From Naegleria gruberi (taxonomy: Eukaryota), in NCBI GenBank assembly GCA_000004985.1, contig GG738882.1: 64,000 nt of DNA. One strand, 5' to 3'. Under the pieces are notes generated by a model that worked only from the letters and a program-made list of their open reading frames with translations, was not told the origin of the DNA and did no database searches. Below, in pieces: positions 46,999 through 60,800 of the stretch (its first letter is position 1; each line of letters starts with the position of its first letter). A program made the position numbers and the translations under genes.

Positions 46999-49246
46999 AT
47001 GGTTATTAAAAAAATGTTCAAAGAAGACTTTCGAGAGACATCTTCTCGGAATAGGTCGGATGATGCCACAGCTGCTGACAGTGATTTCAATCAACAACCC
47101 TTCATCACAATACAGCATCATCATCATGATCATCATCAACCTTCTAGGAATCATCATAATTTTAATAGGTCATCATCACTCTCCATACATTCTCATCATA
47201 CAAATACCAATAGTAGAACAAGCCATCATCACCATCACAATAACAGTAATGATTCTAATCAGAGTTTTGAAATGGTTCCTCTGACTGTTCTTACTCCCTA
47301 CAAAAGTAGTACTCAACAGTCTTCTTCATCTAATCAAAGCCTTCTTTTGAGTCTTCCTTCCTCTCCATCAGCAACTCCAAGTTTGAAAAGGTCAAACTCT
47401 TCTGGAGGAGGTTTAGATATCACTCAACTCAGTGCAAGATCGAGTGATTTTAGCTTTCTAGAAGAAACTCAACAAGAAAATAAGAATAATATCGAGTATG
47501 CAGATTCGTACATGTTGATGTGGAGTCCTTGGCATTCAATGTATAATAATTTATTTGTAGAATTTTGGATGGTGAAAATTAATTCTAGGCTTGACGATGA
47601 GGAATGTACAAATATTGGAGAGAATGTAAATTGTAAATTATTGCCAATTAAACAAGCTTCAAAGAGCTCGAATTTGGAAAGATTTCCAACTGGAAACTTT
47701 TGGAGTTATTCTGTTGGATTGGAAACATTTAGAGAAAATCAACAATCAAATCAAAGTGTTTCTACTCATTATTTTGGTAATGAGCTTGAAGATTTGATTA
47801 TTTGCTTTTTTGGAGTGACGAAAATTATGAAATTTAAATTGAATGTGAGCAAGATGAAAATTAGAGATCGAAAATCTTCGACCACTCATGAATATGTAAC
47901 AGGAGTAGAGTCTGTAGAGTTTGTAGAGCTAATTGATTATGACTTTCTCAGTAGGTAAGTTACATAATTCGAGGATTAGTTAAATTAACTTTGATAGAAA
48001 GTCTCCTCTAGATGCTTATTCATCGTGGGACTCATTCCCAGACTCAGATGATATTGACGAATCTGGGAATGAAATCACACAAGATATTTACCAATCTCTA
48101 TTTCGTTCCAGTCACAATGCTCTCAAAATTAGTAACATTCCTCGTTTAGAATTTGTACATAATGATAATGAGCTCAATTTTGTAAAGTGTGACAATGACT
48201 ATAATTTTAATATTTATTCAATGAACAAGAGAAGAATGGATGATAATGGGAATTATTCTCTCTCGTTAGAGTTGACACCTCAAACACCTACAAGCAGTAG
48301 TAGCACAACTCTGGCAATTATTCAAAAGACGAGTGTCTATTTATCAAAGGTTCACTCACTGAATGTTCTGTTTTTCCAAAAGCAAACAACTAGAAAACTT
48401 TTTAATAAGGCAAAAAGTCCAACTAGTGGAAGATTTGAATTACGATCATTAAATTCTGTCAAGACAGGATTTGAAACGATTGGAGATGTAATCCCATTTG
48501 ATTTAGATACAGAGAGTGGGCTGCATCAACCCAGCCAATACGTAAAAGTTTGTAAATTCGATGATAACATGTTTGTCGTTTTGGAAATTGACAAATACCT
48601 ATTGAAAAAGCTAGGAGACAAAGAGGTGAATGCTGAAAATATTGATTCAATGCTCAATACGCATCACCACCACGTTACTAGCTTACCCAAATATTTTAAA
48701 TTATTCATTCTAGATTTAAGCAATCCAGAAGATGTTAAAATCAAAAAACTCACCAATCTCAAAAAGCAACAACATACTTCACCTAAATTGAATAGTAGTA
48801 TTTACAAATTTAGTACGGAAATTTCAACAACAACCTCGAATAATATTTATTCCTCATCTTCATCTCTTGGAATAGAAGAATCAAAGGGATTTATTCCTAT
48901 TTACAAACACCAAAAGTCGAAGAAGAGAACCACAAAATCTCATTTCACATTTCAACACAATGATGATGTGTTTAACATGATTGTTTTTAAACAAGATCCT
49001 CACAAAAATCCCCATCACTACACTCTGGCAATATTCTACAAAGCATTTGGGGATAGATATCAATTCAATGGTGAAGTATCAGATCATTCACCATTTAAAG
49101 GAAGATGGTACGAACTTGTTCACTTTACACATGTTTCATGGTCAAAGTACAAAACCCTTTTTGACCACGCCAATTTTCTTAATCATGCTGATCCTTCACT
49201 AATTTCCAATCTAGGTTTTACAGATTTGTATTTTGAATTTGATTAA
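46999..49246 (+). CDS. hypothetical His/Ser-rich protein (~735 aa); exons 46999..47954 and ~47998..49246
   Basis: ATG start. His runs are present (QHHHHDHHQPSRNHH, SHHHHHNN). The 43-nt intron (GTAAGT...TTGATAG) joins ...DYDFLS(R) to KSPLDAYSSWDSFPDSDD... and stays in frame with the downstream 341-aa ORF. No known domain. Confidence 0.5.
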
Positions 49247-49373
49247 TAGAAACTCTAATTTATCAACATGTTGTTTTGTGTTTAAATAAGTTGTGTGGAT
49301 CTAACCGTCAAATATCGTAATCAATGTTAATTTGTTGTCTTCTGTCATTAGGGATGACACAAATCAGAAAAAA

Positions 49374-52300
49374 ATGAGAGGAAAGCCATCACGTAAACTC
49401 TCCATCATCAACAGCCAGGTTTCTTCCGATGATTTGTTTGGAAAGTTACAATATGATGGCAGTAAACCAACAACAACAAGTATTGTAGAAAATTACATGG
49501 ACATACAACAAACTACCAACAATAAGAAACCAAATTTTGATCAGTTTAGTTTGCTCTCTCCTCCTTCTTTTATACATACAAAAATTGCTGTTCCTACCTT
49601 TTTGTCAAGGAATGAATTGTACAGTGATTTGGATTCGGATGAAATTTCTCCTTGGTGTATTAAAATGAGAGGATTAGTTTCCGATTCTTTTCCTTCAAAA
49701 ACTATGTCAGAAGATGATGAAACTAATGACAGATCAAAAGAATTTAAATCAATACAAGGTTGGGAGAAACATTCAGATATTTCAAAAATCAGAAAGATAT
49801 TCTCTCATCATCAATTTGTTGCCCTGTTATTGGAACATGACCGATTAAATTTTATTGGAAGGTGTCTCTTCTTCAATACACTTTTGGCACAAAATTTAAA
49901 ATCTGATAGGACAATTGTTGATACAGCGGAAACACCAACAACTATTCTGGACAGTATTTCTCTCACCTCCAATAATTTGGACGAAATATTACAAAAACAA
50001 GAAAAGAAGAAGAGAAAGATTTCTCTATTCAAGAAGAATGATACATCACCAAATAGATCTCCGAGATCACCAAGTGACGATGAACCACTCTCAATATCTG
50101 CCTCGGCACTTTTATCTTCAACCAAAATTTCTTCTAAACAACTGGTTGACAATGTCAATGAAAATTATTTCAACGAGATGACAAGAAAGGAAACTGAAAT
50201 CTGTTCAGTTTCAAGAATGGAACAAAACAACTTTAATTTGATTCTCAAGTTTCATGTAGTGAAGGAAGCTATTAAGAAACTTGTATTTGGATCAACTAAA
50301 CATTTTTTCATACTTACCGAAAATGGAAACGTATTTGTGATGGGAAGTAATCTTGATGGACAATTAGGAATTTCAGACAAGTATGAAATTGTAGAAACAG
50401 AGCCTGTGGCACTTAATTTTAATGGCCATAAAATTGCAGAAATAATTGCAGAGGAACATTGGACAATGTTTCTCACTCTCGAAGGAAAAATATTTGTTTG
50501 TGGTAGAAATTATGGAATTGCTGGCATGTATTTGGACATTCCATACAATAATCTCTTTACACCAATGCAGGTGACTCAGTCAAGCATACACGTAGAAAAA
50601 ATAGCTGGTTTTATGGGATCAATTATTTTCCTAACACGAGAAGAGAATGCCCAATTTTCGTATGGTTTGAATAATTTTGGAATGTTGGCCAATGGTGGAA
50701 ATAGCTTGTCTGTGATTGGAAGTCCAACAAGAATTTCTCAATTTTGGAATAAGGAGCTTATTAAGGATGTGTTTATGGTAAATAATAACAGTATATTTGT
50801 GACAGCCAGTGATAGGATTTATGTGTGTGGCCTTGCTACTCAGAGAGATAAAGCAGAATGCATTCTCGATATAACAACATTGGATCTTTTAGAAAGATTT
50901 ACAATTAAGAAAGTTCTCGATGGAGATGGATATGGTAATGTTCTTCTATTTCTCAGTGTTGAACTGGATGTATACATGTACTATTTTGATGAAGAGAACA
51001 ACAAACACAGCTTTACAAAAGTTTTGACTAATATTGTAGATATTGATAGCTGTGGGAGAAACTTGACATTTTTGCAAAGTAAGTTTTTTCGCTCTGTTAT
51101 TTTAAAAATAACTATTACAAAGATAATTTCATTCTACAATACAATGAAACGAGTGTGAATATTAATAGAGAATCTCTTTGCTTAATGAAAGTATTCGCAC
51201 ACGATCCTCTATTCGATTTACAAAAGACCGTTGAGTGGATTATTCCACCATCAGAATTGATTGAAGAGGCAGATATTGTGAGACCTCTCCTACTTATTTC
51301 CAAATTTTCCAATCAATTTCACGTAGGTAGAAGAAAGCGAAAGAATAGCAATTACGCCAACAGTGCAGATAGTATAGATTTGGCAATAGATACCATTCAT
51401 GCCAGTTCAACCTCACCAGAAATGAAACAATTATGGTTCGACATTGTTAAATCCTTCTCTGACAAAGAACAGTATGCGCTCAAGTACACAACCGAATATT
51501 TAAAGTTGGAATTGCTCAACGAAATTCTCGATGTTCCAATGTTTTACAATCAAGTTGTGAAAGATTTATGGAGATTACCACCAAATCCATCCAAGAAAAT
51601 GAAAGATTTACATTCAGTCGCTCTCTCCTACTTTACCTATCACAAAGATAAGGGAATAGACCAAAAGTGGGACAATTTAGTTTACTTCCCACAGAACGAG
51701 GAAATACTTTTCAAATTATTACTTTTTTCATTCGAATTAGATTTATCAACAATAACTACTGGAATATTTAATTATTTGAGGCTTAAACTTGACACCAAAC
51801 CAATTCAAGCACTCTCCAAAATTGAAACAATGGAGTATGCAACAAACTTCTCCGAGTTGAGAAAGAATTTTGACATTTGGTTTCAGCTTTCATCAAAGAA
51901 GAAAGTTAAAAATCCATTTACAACTAAAAAGGCTAAAGGTTTCGATATGTTCCTCTCTACCACCATGCTAATTATATTACAGAAATTGATGGATGGTCTA
52001 GCACCACTATCTGTGAAACATCCTGGTAAAACCTATAGAAATTATCAACCAATTATTTTGGATTTGAATTCACTACAAATTGCTGAAACTTGGACTGTTG
52101 TGAAAAAGTTAAAGGATGACATTACAGAAATTATTTCAAAGAGACAAGCAACAAACACCAAAAAGAAAGCCATTGAATATAAGGAACAATTAACTGAATA
52201 TTGCAAAGGAATTAGATTTAATGACATTTTCAATAGTTTGTGTGCTCAACCTCATTCTATCAATTTCATATTCAGATATTGCATTTGTAATTGCTTTTCT

Positions 52301-52876
52301 GCAGAACCTAGATGGAAGATTGACGAAACAAAGACTGTTCACATTCTCAATAGAAAGATGAAATTCAAAATGAGTGCTAGAGAGCTAGTTTCAAAAATTG
52401 ACCAAGATATTAATCAATCTTTCCAACAACCAAATACAGCCCCTCCTGGAAGTCCAGAAACTGATGAAAGAATTGAAGTAATTACTGAAATATTCAACTC
52501 TTCCAACATTTCACCAAATCCAGCAAAATCTAATGAAAAGAAATTTAGAGTCGAAACCTCTTCTATGGAATCTCCAATTGTCAGTAATTTGGAAATCAAC
52601 AAGAATGGTTTACAAGTTATTGACAAGTACTTTAAAGCCAATTCCTCACCTTCATCCCCAGAAACAAACAATTCAACATCTCCCAATTCTGGAAACCTCT
52701 CCCCAGATTTTCAACAAGCTCTTTTATACGGTAAACAGTTGATTTTTGATGAGAAAGTTCCATTATTCAAAGTAAGGAAAATGGCTAAAACCAAGTTTGA
52801 TTCTCTCACTAATAATGATCTTACTCAACTCTACATTGAATTAGTGAGGATACAGACAGAGAAAATGAAACATTAA
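49374..52876 (+). CDS. RCC1-like repeat protein with long C-terminal region (~1150 aa); exons ~49374..51078 and ~51123..52876
   Basis: The first in-frame ATG is at 49374. The track 'start' at 49332 is TTG. RCC1-type units include FILTENGNVFVMGSNLDGQLGIS, MFLTLEGKIFVCGRNYGIAG, IIFLTREENAQFSYGLNNFGMLANGG, IFVTASDRIYVCG. The 44-nt intron (GTAAGT...TTACAAAG) joins ...TFLQ(S/N) to NFILQYNETSVNINRESLCLMKVF.... This continues the frame of the 573-aa ORF, whose track start is GTG. Confidence 0.55.
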
Positions 52877-53032
52877 CCGTAGAAGAAATTTGCGTTGTAA
52901 CCAAATCAATCACTTGTCAACAGATGGACTCTTTGATGAGATCTCAATGTCTGGAAGAAGTAAATGTTGTGTTTTTGTGTAACAATAACGGTGACAACAA
53001 ACAAAGAAACACCATAACCGTGCGTTTATTGT

Positions 53033-56000
53033 GTGAAAGGCATTACAATTCCATCCACAAACAAAATGTCCAACAATATCCTTGTTAATTTGCTTGTGTT
53101 AACTTTTTGCTTGTGTTTTGTTGCGTTTGCCAGCTTTTCCAATGCAGCTGCTGTGAAATATAAGATTACAACGGTACTTAGTTCTCTCGAAACACCGAAA
53201 TCTATTCACGTACTAACAAGTGGTGATATTTATTTTGGTGAATATAACACAATATCAAGTAGAGTTAAAAAGTGAGTATTTGATCTTTAAAACTTGACTT
53301 ACTTTCGAAGACTGTCTTCAGGTTCAACAACAACAATTGTTGGTGGTGGAACAACAACCACTGATGGAGCTTCTCTTACAGACGCATTATTGAGTAAGTT
53401 TTTTTAGATTGGTCAACCAAACTAATTCTTCACAATAGCTGGATTATATTTTTGCTTTGACGAAACCAACAACAAAATGTACATTAGTGACGAAGGCTTA
53501 CATAAAATAAGACTGGCCGATCTTGGAAATAATAATATTAACACATTAACCAGTAATTCCTACAGTCCAACATTTATAACATTAGATAGTGTAAACAGTA
53601 GAGTGCTATTCACTGATCCTGAAGATTATAGTGTTCGTTATTTCAGCTTATCATCTCCATCAACCGTAACACCTGTCAGTGCTTCGACAAATACTGTTTC
53701 TGGTATCACAGTTTCGACAGCTGGAGAATATTATTTCGCAGATGGATCCAGCAAAGTCATAAAACTTACTTTACCAAATACGAAAAGTAATTATGTAACT
53801 GGATTGAGTAATCCTCAAGGATTATTTTGGAGATCTAATGAACTGTTCATTGTAGATGCTGATAGTACAACTCCTAAAATTAAGAAGTATGATGGAACAA
53901 CTCTTACAGATATTGCTGGAGGTGGATCTTCTGGTTGTGCGAATGATATTGAGGCAACAAGTTGCAAATTATCAAGCTCCATCTCAGGTATTTACGTCAC
54001 CAACAAGAATGAAATTTACATCACTGAAGCCAGAAGTTCACCTAATGGAAATATCAAGAAAATTTATCCATATTGTGATAGTGGTTATCAATTATCTTCT
54101 GATGGAAAAACATGTGATCCTATTTGTTATTCTAAAGTAGGAGANNNNNNNNNNNNNNNNNNNNNNNNNNNNNNNNNNNNNNNNNNNNNNNNNNGGCTTA
54201 TCTGGTCCAACAGGAATATTCTACACAACGTATAATGAAATATTCATTTCTGATTCTGGAAATAAGAAGATCAAGAAATATGAAGGGGGATCAACCTCAG
54301 ATTTTGCTGGTGCCAGTGGAGCTGGGACTACTTGTGCAGAAGACTCAGAAGCTCTCTCTTGCTATTTTTCAACTAGTATTTATGGTATTTTCGTTACTGA
54401 CAAGAATGAAGTTTATGTAACTGAAGGAATATCCGACACTGGAACTGTTAAGAAAATTTATCCATACTGTGATAGTGGTTATCAATTAACATCTGATGGA
54501 AGATCATGTGTTCCTATTTGTTATTCCAAAGTAGGGGATGCTGCCTGTGGAGGACCAACTCAAGGAGCTTGTAGTGCTCCTGATACTTGTCAATGTACCA
54601 CCAATTATTTTGGAAACGAATGTGGCTCACCAAAGTGTTATGGAAAAACATCCAATGCCTGTAATAATCAAGGTACCTGCACTGCAGTCGATACTTGTGT
54701 TTGCAATGCTAACTATTTTGGAAATGAGTGCACTTCACCAAAGTGTTATGGAAAAACCTCCAACGCTTGTAACAATCAAGGTACTTGTACTGCAGTCGAC
54801 ACTTGTGTTTGTAATGCCAACTATTATGGAAACGAATGTACTTCTCCAAAGTGTTATGGAAAAACATCCAATGCCTGTAACAATCAAGGTACTTGCACTG
54901 CAGTCGACACTTGTGTTTGCAATGCTAATTACTACGGAAATGAGTGCACTTCCCCAAAGTGTTATGGAAAAACATCCACAACAGCTTGTAACTTGAAAGG
55001 TACCTGCACAGCAGTTGACTCTTGTCAATGTAATACCAATTACTATGGAAATGAATGTACAGTCACAACTTGTGATGGCAAGTATTCCAATACTTCAGTT
55101 GCTTGTAACAACCAAGGAACTTGTGCTGATTATAATACTTGCAATTGTAATACTAATTATGGAGGTTCTTATTGCAGTCTTCCAAAATGTGGTGGAATTC
55201 TGTCAGATAATCCATCCGTCTGTTCAGCAAATGGCACCTGTGCTGGTGTTAATAATTGTCAATGTAATTCTCTCTATACAGGATCCAATTGTGAAACTCC
55301 TATTTGTTATGGAATTCAAGCCACTCAAACATCAACTGTGTGCTCTGGACAAGGTATTTGTGTGGCTGGTGACAAGTGTGTTTGTAAAGATTATTCCAAA
55401 TATACTGGACTAAAGTGTGATTCTCCAATTTGTAACTCAAAACCTTCAACAGATCCAAATGTTTGTAACTCTAGAGGTACATGTACTGCACCAAATACTT
55501 GCCAATGTACTGATACTAATCTATTTGGTGGAAATGATTGTGAACTATTCAAGTGTAATGGTACACTCTCCAATCAAGGATCAGTTTGTAGTGGAAGAGG
55601 TACATGTTTAGCCAATAATATTTGTCAATGTACTGATACTAGCTCTTGGGGAGGAAATTTTTGTTCAATTCCTAAATGTAATGGAATTCTTGCCAATGAC
55701 ACTAGAAAATGTTCATCTAGAGGTAATTGTATTTCACCAAACACTTGCCAATGTTATGAGAGTAATAATTATGGTGGATCAGATTGTGAAATTTTCAAAT
55801 GTGGTGGAATCCTTTCTACTAATACTTCTAAAGTTTGTTCTGGAAAGGGTACTTGTAAATCATTGAATAACTGTGAATGTTTACCTAATTATGGTGGTGC
55901 TAATTGTGAACTTGTTAAATGTTTTGGCATTTTACAAAACGAAAGTTCAGTATGTAGTGGAAAAGGTTCATGTAAGAATGTTGATACATGTCAATGTGAT

Positions 56001-57656
56001 AATGGTTATGGAGGTTCTAATTGTAATCTTATTAGATGTTTTGGTGTCTATACTAACCAAACTAATTTGATTTGTAATAATGGAAATGGTACTTGTATTG
56101 CTCCTGACACTTGTTCATGCAGTACTGGGTGGACAGGATCAAAGTGTGATGTTGCAATTTGTAATGGAAAACTTTCTAATGACACACGTGTCTGTTCATC
56201 AAAAGGTCAATGTGTGGGTCCAAACAATTGTAAATGTTCCACCAATTACTATGGAACAAACTGTGAAAAGACAACTTGTAATTCTGTTGCTTCAGATGAT
56301 AGCACAGTTTGTTTTGGTCATGGTTCTTGCCTTTCGTATAATAATTGTAATTGCTCAACTGGATATGGACCTTCCACAACTTGTGAATTCCCAATTTGTT
56401 ATGGATTATTGGCAAATGACAGCCGTGTCTGTAATGATACTGACAAGTTTTGTTTTGCACCAAATGATTGTAAGCCAAAGAATCCAACTTGTTATGGAAT
56501 TGAAAAGGCAGACAGTAGATCATGTTCTGGACACGGAATTTGTTTATCAACTGATAATTGTCGATGTGATTCTAGCTACTTTGGTGAACAATGTCAATAT
56601 TTCAAATGTTATGGTGTTGAATTCAACTCATCATCAGTCTGTAGCTCACACGGTTCATGTGACAGTGTAAATAATTGTAATTGTCGAGATGGTTACGGAG
56701 GAAACAATTGTGAACTTGTTAAATGTAGTGGAATTTTACAAAATTCAAGCATGGTTTGTAGTGGAAGAGGTAAATGTGTTGATGTTAACACATGTAATTG
56801 TGACAGTGGATATTATGGCTCTGATTGTCAATTGACCACCTGTTTTGGTATTGAACAAGCAAGCTCACAAGTTTGTAACAATAGAAATGGTACTTGTCTT
56901 TCGTTTGATAATTGTAACTGTCTTGATGAAAGCAAGTGGTTCGGATCAGCATGTAATACGACGTATTGTTATGGGAAAACTTCATTGGATTCTAATGCCT
57001 GTAACTCTCAAGGTAATTGTGTCAATTTTAACACATGCCAATGTAAACAAAATTATGCTGGCAATCAATGTCACTTGAGATACCTTTCTCAATCATTCAC
57101 CTTATCATTCAATAGCACTACTGATTTTATTGGAGAAATTTCCACCATACTCACCCTCAGCATTCAAGATTCCACATTCCTCGATTTTTATGCCAACAAA
57201 TCTGTCGACATTAAGTTGGAATTCCTTCTTGACAATCAAGCTCTCACTTCAGCAATATCTTCCCAACAATCACTATATCCAAGCATGTCTTTCTCTCTCC
57301 CATCCTCTCTCTCCAAAGGATCACTCACAGCAAAGGCAACTCTCTACAATTCCACAACACCAATCTCATTCCAAGTTGCAACCGAAAGTGCCTTAATACT
57401 CCAACAACGAAACACTCCAATTGCCTCAAACTCTATTCCATCTCGTGCTGGAGAACCATCAATTCAAGGAAATAGTAATGCAGGAGTTATTGCTGCAGCT
57501 GTGGTCGTTCCAATCGTTTCAATTGCAGCCATTGGAGGTGGTGTTGCTGTGGTCATTACTGTTGTGGTCTTGTTGAAGAAGAAGGCAGCTGCTACTTTGG
57601 CCAAGGATATTGCAACAGCTGCTCACACTGATGTTGAATTGGCAGGTAATCTTTAA
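53033..57656 (+). CDS. type I membrane protein: signal peptide, NHL repeats, ~28 EGF-like Cys repeats, TM, short tail; exons ~53033..53271, ~53311..53393, ~53439..54144, [50-N gap], 54195..57656
   Basis: The signal peptide is NILVNLLVLTFCLCFVAFASFSNA. The 39-nt and 45-nt introns give ...SSRVK|K|LSSGSTTTIVGGGTTTTDGASLTDALL|T|GLYFCFDETNNKMYISDEGL. NHL-like units recur (IYITEARSS, VYVTEGISD). The EGF-like pattern C.G....S..C.SRG.C..P..C.C....YGG..C runs from ~54540 to ~57060. The TM is GVIAAAVVVPIVSIAAIGGGVAVVITVVVLL and the tail ends AGNL-TAA. The frame is continuous from 54195. The track begins its ORF at a TTG at 54993 only because no start-like codon occurs in the repeats. Confidence 0.7.
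54145..54194. other. assembly gap (50 N) inside the NHL/EGF gene
   Basis: A run of n characters. The coding frame differs on the two sides, which is expected for an arbitrary-length gap. Confidence 0.99.
54628..55059 (+). repeat. four tandem 108-bp (36-codon) repeats encoding the EGF-like module SPKCYGKTSNACNNQGTCTAVDTCVCNANY(F/Y)GNECT
   Basis: Copies start at ~54628, 54736, 54844 and 54952. The first three are ~90-95% identical at the nucleotide level, with almost all differences at synonymous third positions. The fourth copy is diverged. Confidence 0.85.
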
Positions 57657-57805
57657 AAGTATTATTAAAATTATTTTTGTTCTAAGGACCTTTACTTTTC
57701 CTGAATAACTTGTTTGGTTGTACATGACATTTGTTGGAGATGAATGCATGAAAACAATTATTTCAACATGTTTGACTGTATCTTCTTTAAACTCTCTGCC
57801 AGAAC

Positions 57806-60800
57806 NNNNNNNNNNNNNNNNNNNNNNNNNNNNNNNNNNNNNNNNNNNNNNNNNNNNNNNNNNNNNNNNNNNNNNNNNNNNNNNNNNNNNNNNNNNNNNN
57901 NNNNNNNNNNNNNNNNNNNNNNNNNNNNNNNNNNNNNNNNNNNNNNNNNNNNNNNNNNNNNNNNNNNNNNNNNNNNNNNNNNNNNNNNNNNNNNNNNNNN
58001 NNNNNNNNNNNNNNNNNNNNNNNNNNNNNNNNNNNNNNNNNNNNNNNNNNNNNNNNNNNNNNNNNNNNNNNNNNNNNNNNNNNNNNNNNNNNNNNNNNNN
58101 NNNNNNNNNNNNNNNNNNNNNNNNNNNNNNNNNNNNNNNNNNNNNNNNNNNNNNNNNNNNNNNNNNNNNNNNNNNNNNNNNNNNNNNNNNNNNNNNNNNN
58201 NNNNNNNNNNNNNNNNNNNNNNNNNNNNNNNNNNNNNNNNNNNNNNNNNNNNNNNNNNNNNNNNNNNNNNNNNNNNNNNNNNNNNNNNNNNNNNNNNNNN
58301 NNNNNNNNNNNNNNNNNNNNNNNNNNNNNNNNNNNNNNNNNNNNNNNNNNNNNNNNNNNNNNNNNNNNNNNNNNNNNNNNNNNNNNNNNNNNNNNNNNNN
58401 NNNNNNNNNNNNNNNNNNNNNNNNNNNNNNNNNNNNNNNNNNNNNNNNNNNNNNNNNNNNNNNNNNNNNNNNNNNNNNNNNNNNNNNNNNNNNNNNNNNN
58501 NNNNNNNNNNNNNNNNNNNNNNNNNNNNNNNNNNNNNNNNNNNNNNNNNNNNNNNNNNNNNNNNNNNNNNNNNNNNNNNNNNNNNNNNNNNNNNNNNNNN
58601 NNNNNNNNNNNNNNNNNNNNNNNNNNNNNNNNNNNNNNNNNNNNNNNNNNNNNNNNNNNNNNNNNNNNNNNNNNNNNNNNNNNNNNNNNNNNNNNNNNNN
58701 NNNNNNNNNNNNNNNNNNNNNNNNNNNNNNNNNNNNNNNNNNNNNNNNNNNNNNNNNNNNNNNNNNNNNNNNNNNNNNNNNNNNNNNNNNNNNNNNNNNN
58801 NNNNNNNNNNNNNNNNNNNNNNNNNNNNNNNNNNNNNNNNNNNNNNNNNNNNNNNNNNNNNNNNNNNNNNNNNNNNNNNNNNNNNNNNNNNNNNNNNNNN
58901 NNNNNNNNNNNNNNNNNNNNNNNNNNNNNNNNNNNNNNNNNNNNNNNNNNNNNNNNNNNNNNNNNNNNNNNNNNNNNNNNNNNNNNNNNNNNNNNNNNNN
59001 NNNNNNNNNNNNNNNNNNNNNNNNNNNNNNNNNNNNNNNNNNNNNNNNNNNNNNNNNNNNNNNNNNNNNNNNNNNNNNNNNNNNNNNNNNNNNNNNNNNN
59101 NNNNNNNNNNNNNNNNNNNNNNNNNNNNNNNNNNNNNNNNNNNNNNNNNNNNNNNNNNNNNNNNNNNNNNNNNNNNNNNNNNNNNNNNNNNNNNNNNNNN
59201 NNNNNNNNNNNNNNNNNNNNNNNNNNNNNNNNNNNNNNNNNNNNNNNNNNNNNNNNNNNNNNNNNNNNNNNNNNNNNNNNNNNNNNNNNNNNNNNNNNNN
59301 NNNNNNNNNNNNNNNNNNNNNNNNNNNNNNNNNNNNNNNNNNNNNNNNNNNNNNNNNNNNNNNNNNNNNNNNNNNNNNNNNNNNNNNNNNNNNNNNNNNN
59401 NNNNNNNNNNNNNNNNNNNNNNNNNNNNNNNNNNNNNNNNNNNNNNNNNNNNNNNNNNNNNNNNNNNNNNNNNNNNNNNNNNNNNNNNNNNNNNNNNNNN
59501 NNNNNNNNNNNNNNNNNNNNNNNNNNNNNNNNNNNNNNNNNNNNNNNNNNNNNNNNNNNNNNNNNNNNNNNNNNNNNNNNNNNNNNNNNNNNNNNNNNNN
59601 NNNNNNNNNNNNNNNNNNNNNNNNNNNNNNNNNNNNNNNNNNNNNNNNNNNNNNNNNNNNNNNNNNNNNNNNNNNNNNNNNNNNNNNNNNNNNNNNNNNN
59701 NNNNNNNNNNNNNNNNNNNNNNNNNNNNNNNNNNNNNNNNNNNNNNNNNNNNNNNNNNNNNNNNNNNNNNNNNNNNNNNNNNNNNNNNNNNNNNNNNNNN
59801 NNNNNNNNNNNNNNNNNNNNNNNNNNNNNNNNNNNNNNNNNNNNNNNNNNNNNNNNNNNNNNNNNNNNNNNNNNNNNNNNNNNNNNNNNNNNNNNNNNNN
59901 NNNNNNNNNNNNNNNNNNNNNNNNNNNNNNNNNNNNNNNNNNNNNNNNNNNNNNNNNNNNNNNNNNNNNNNNNNNNNNNNNNNNNNNNNNNNNNNNNNNN
60001 NNNNNNNNNNNNNNNNNNNNNNNNNNNNNNNNNNNNNNNNNNNNNNNNNNNNNNNNNNNNNNNNNNNNNNNNNNNNNNNNNNNNNNNNNNNNNNNNNNNN
60101 NNNNNNNNNNNNNNNNNNNNNNNNNNNNNNNNNNNNNNNNNNNNNNNNNNNNNNNNNNNNNNNNNNNNNNNNNNNNNNNNNNNNNNNNNNNNNNNNNNNN
60201 NNNNNNNNNNNNNNNNNNNNNNNNNNNNNNNNNNNNNNNNNNNNNNNNNNNNNNNNNNNNNNNNNNNNNNNNNNNNNNNNNNNNNNNNNNNNNNNNNNNN
60301 NNNNNNNNNNNNNNNNNNNNNNNNNNNNNNNNNNNNNNNNNNNNNNNNNNNNNNNNNNNNNNNNNNNNNNNNNNNNNNNNNNNNNNNNNNNNNNNNNNNN
60401 NNNNNNNNNNNNNNNNNNNNNNNNNNNNNNNNNNNNNNNNNNNNNNNNNNNNNNNNNNNNNNNNNNNNNNNNNNNNNNNNNNNNNNNNNNNNNNNNNNNN
60501 NNNNNNNNNNNNNNNNNNNNNNNNNNNNNNNNNNNNNNNNNNNNNNNNNNNNNNNNNNNNNNNNNNNNNNNNNNNNNNNNNNNNNNNNNNNNNNNNNNNN
60601 NNNNNNNNNNNNNNNNNNNNNNNNNNNNNNNNNNNNNNNNNNNNNNNNNNNNNNNNNNNNNNNNNNNNNNNNNNNNNNNNNNNNNNNNNNNNNNNNNNNN
60701 NNNNNNNNNNNNNNNNNNNNNNNNNNNNNNNNNNNNNNNNNNNNNNNNNNNNNNNNNNNNNNNNNNNNNNNNNNNNNNNNNNNNNNNNNNNNNNNNNNNN

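Noticed and set aside
54538-55028. ORFs 54538..54996 (+) and 54735..55028 (-) over the 108-bp tandem repeats
   Set aside because: They are alternative-frame or antisense readings of the repeat array. The true frame (SPKCYGKTSNACNN...) is open from 54195 and simply lacks any ATG/TTG/GTG/CTG codon until 54993, which is why the track starts its ORF there.
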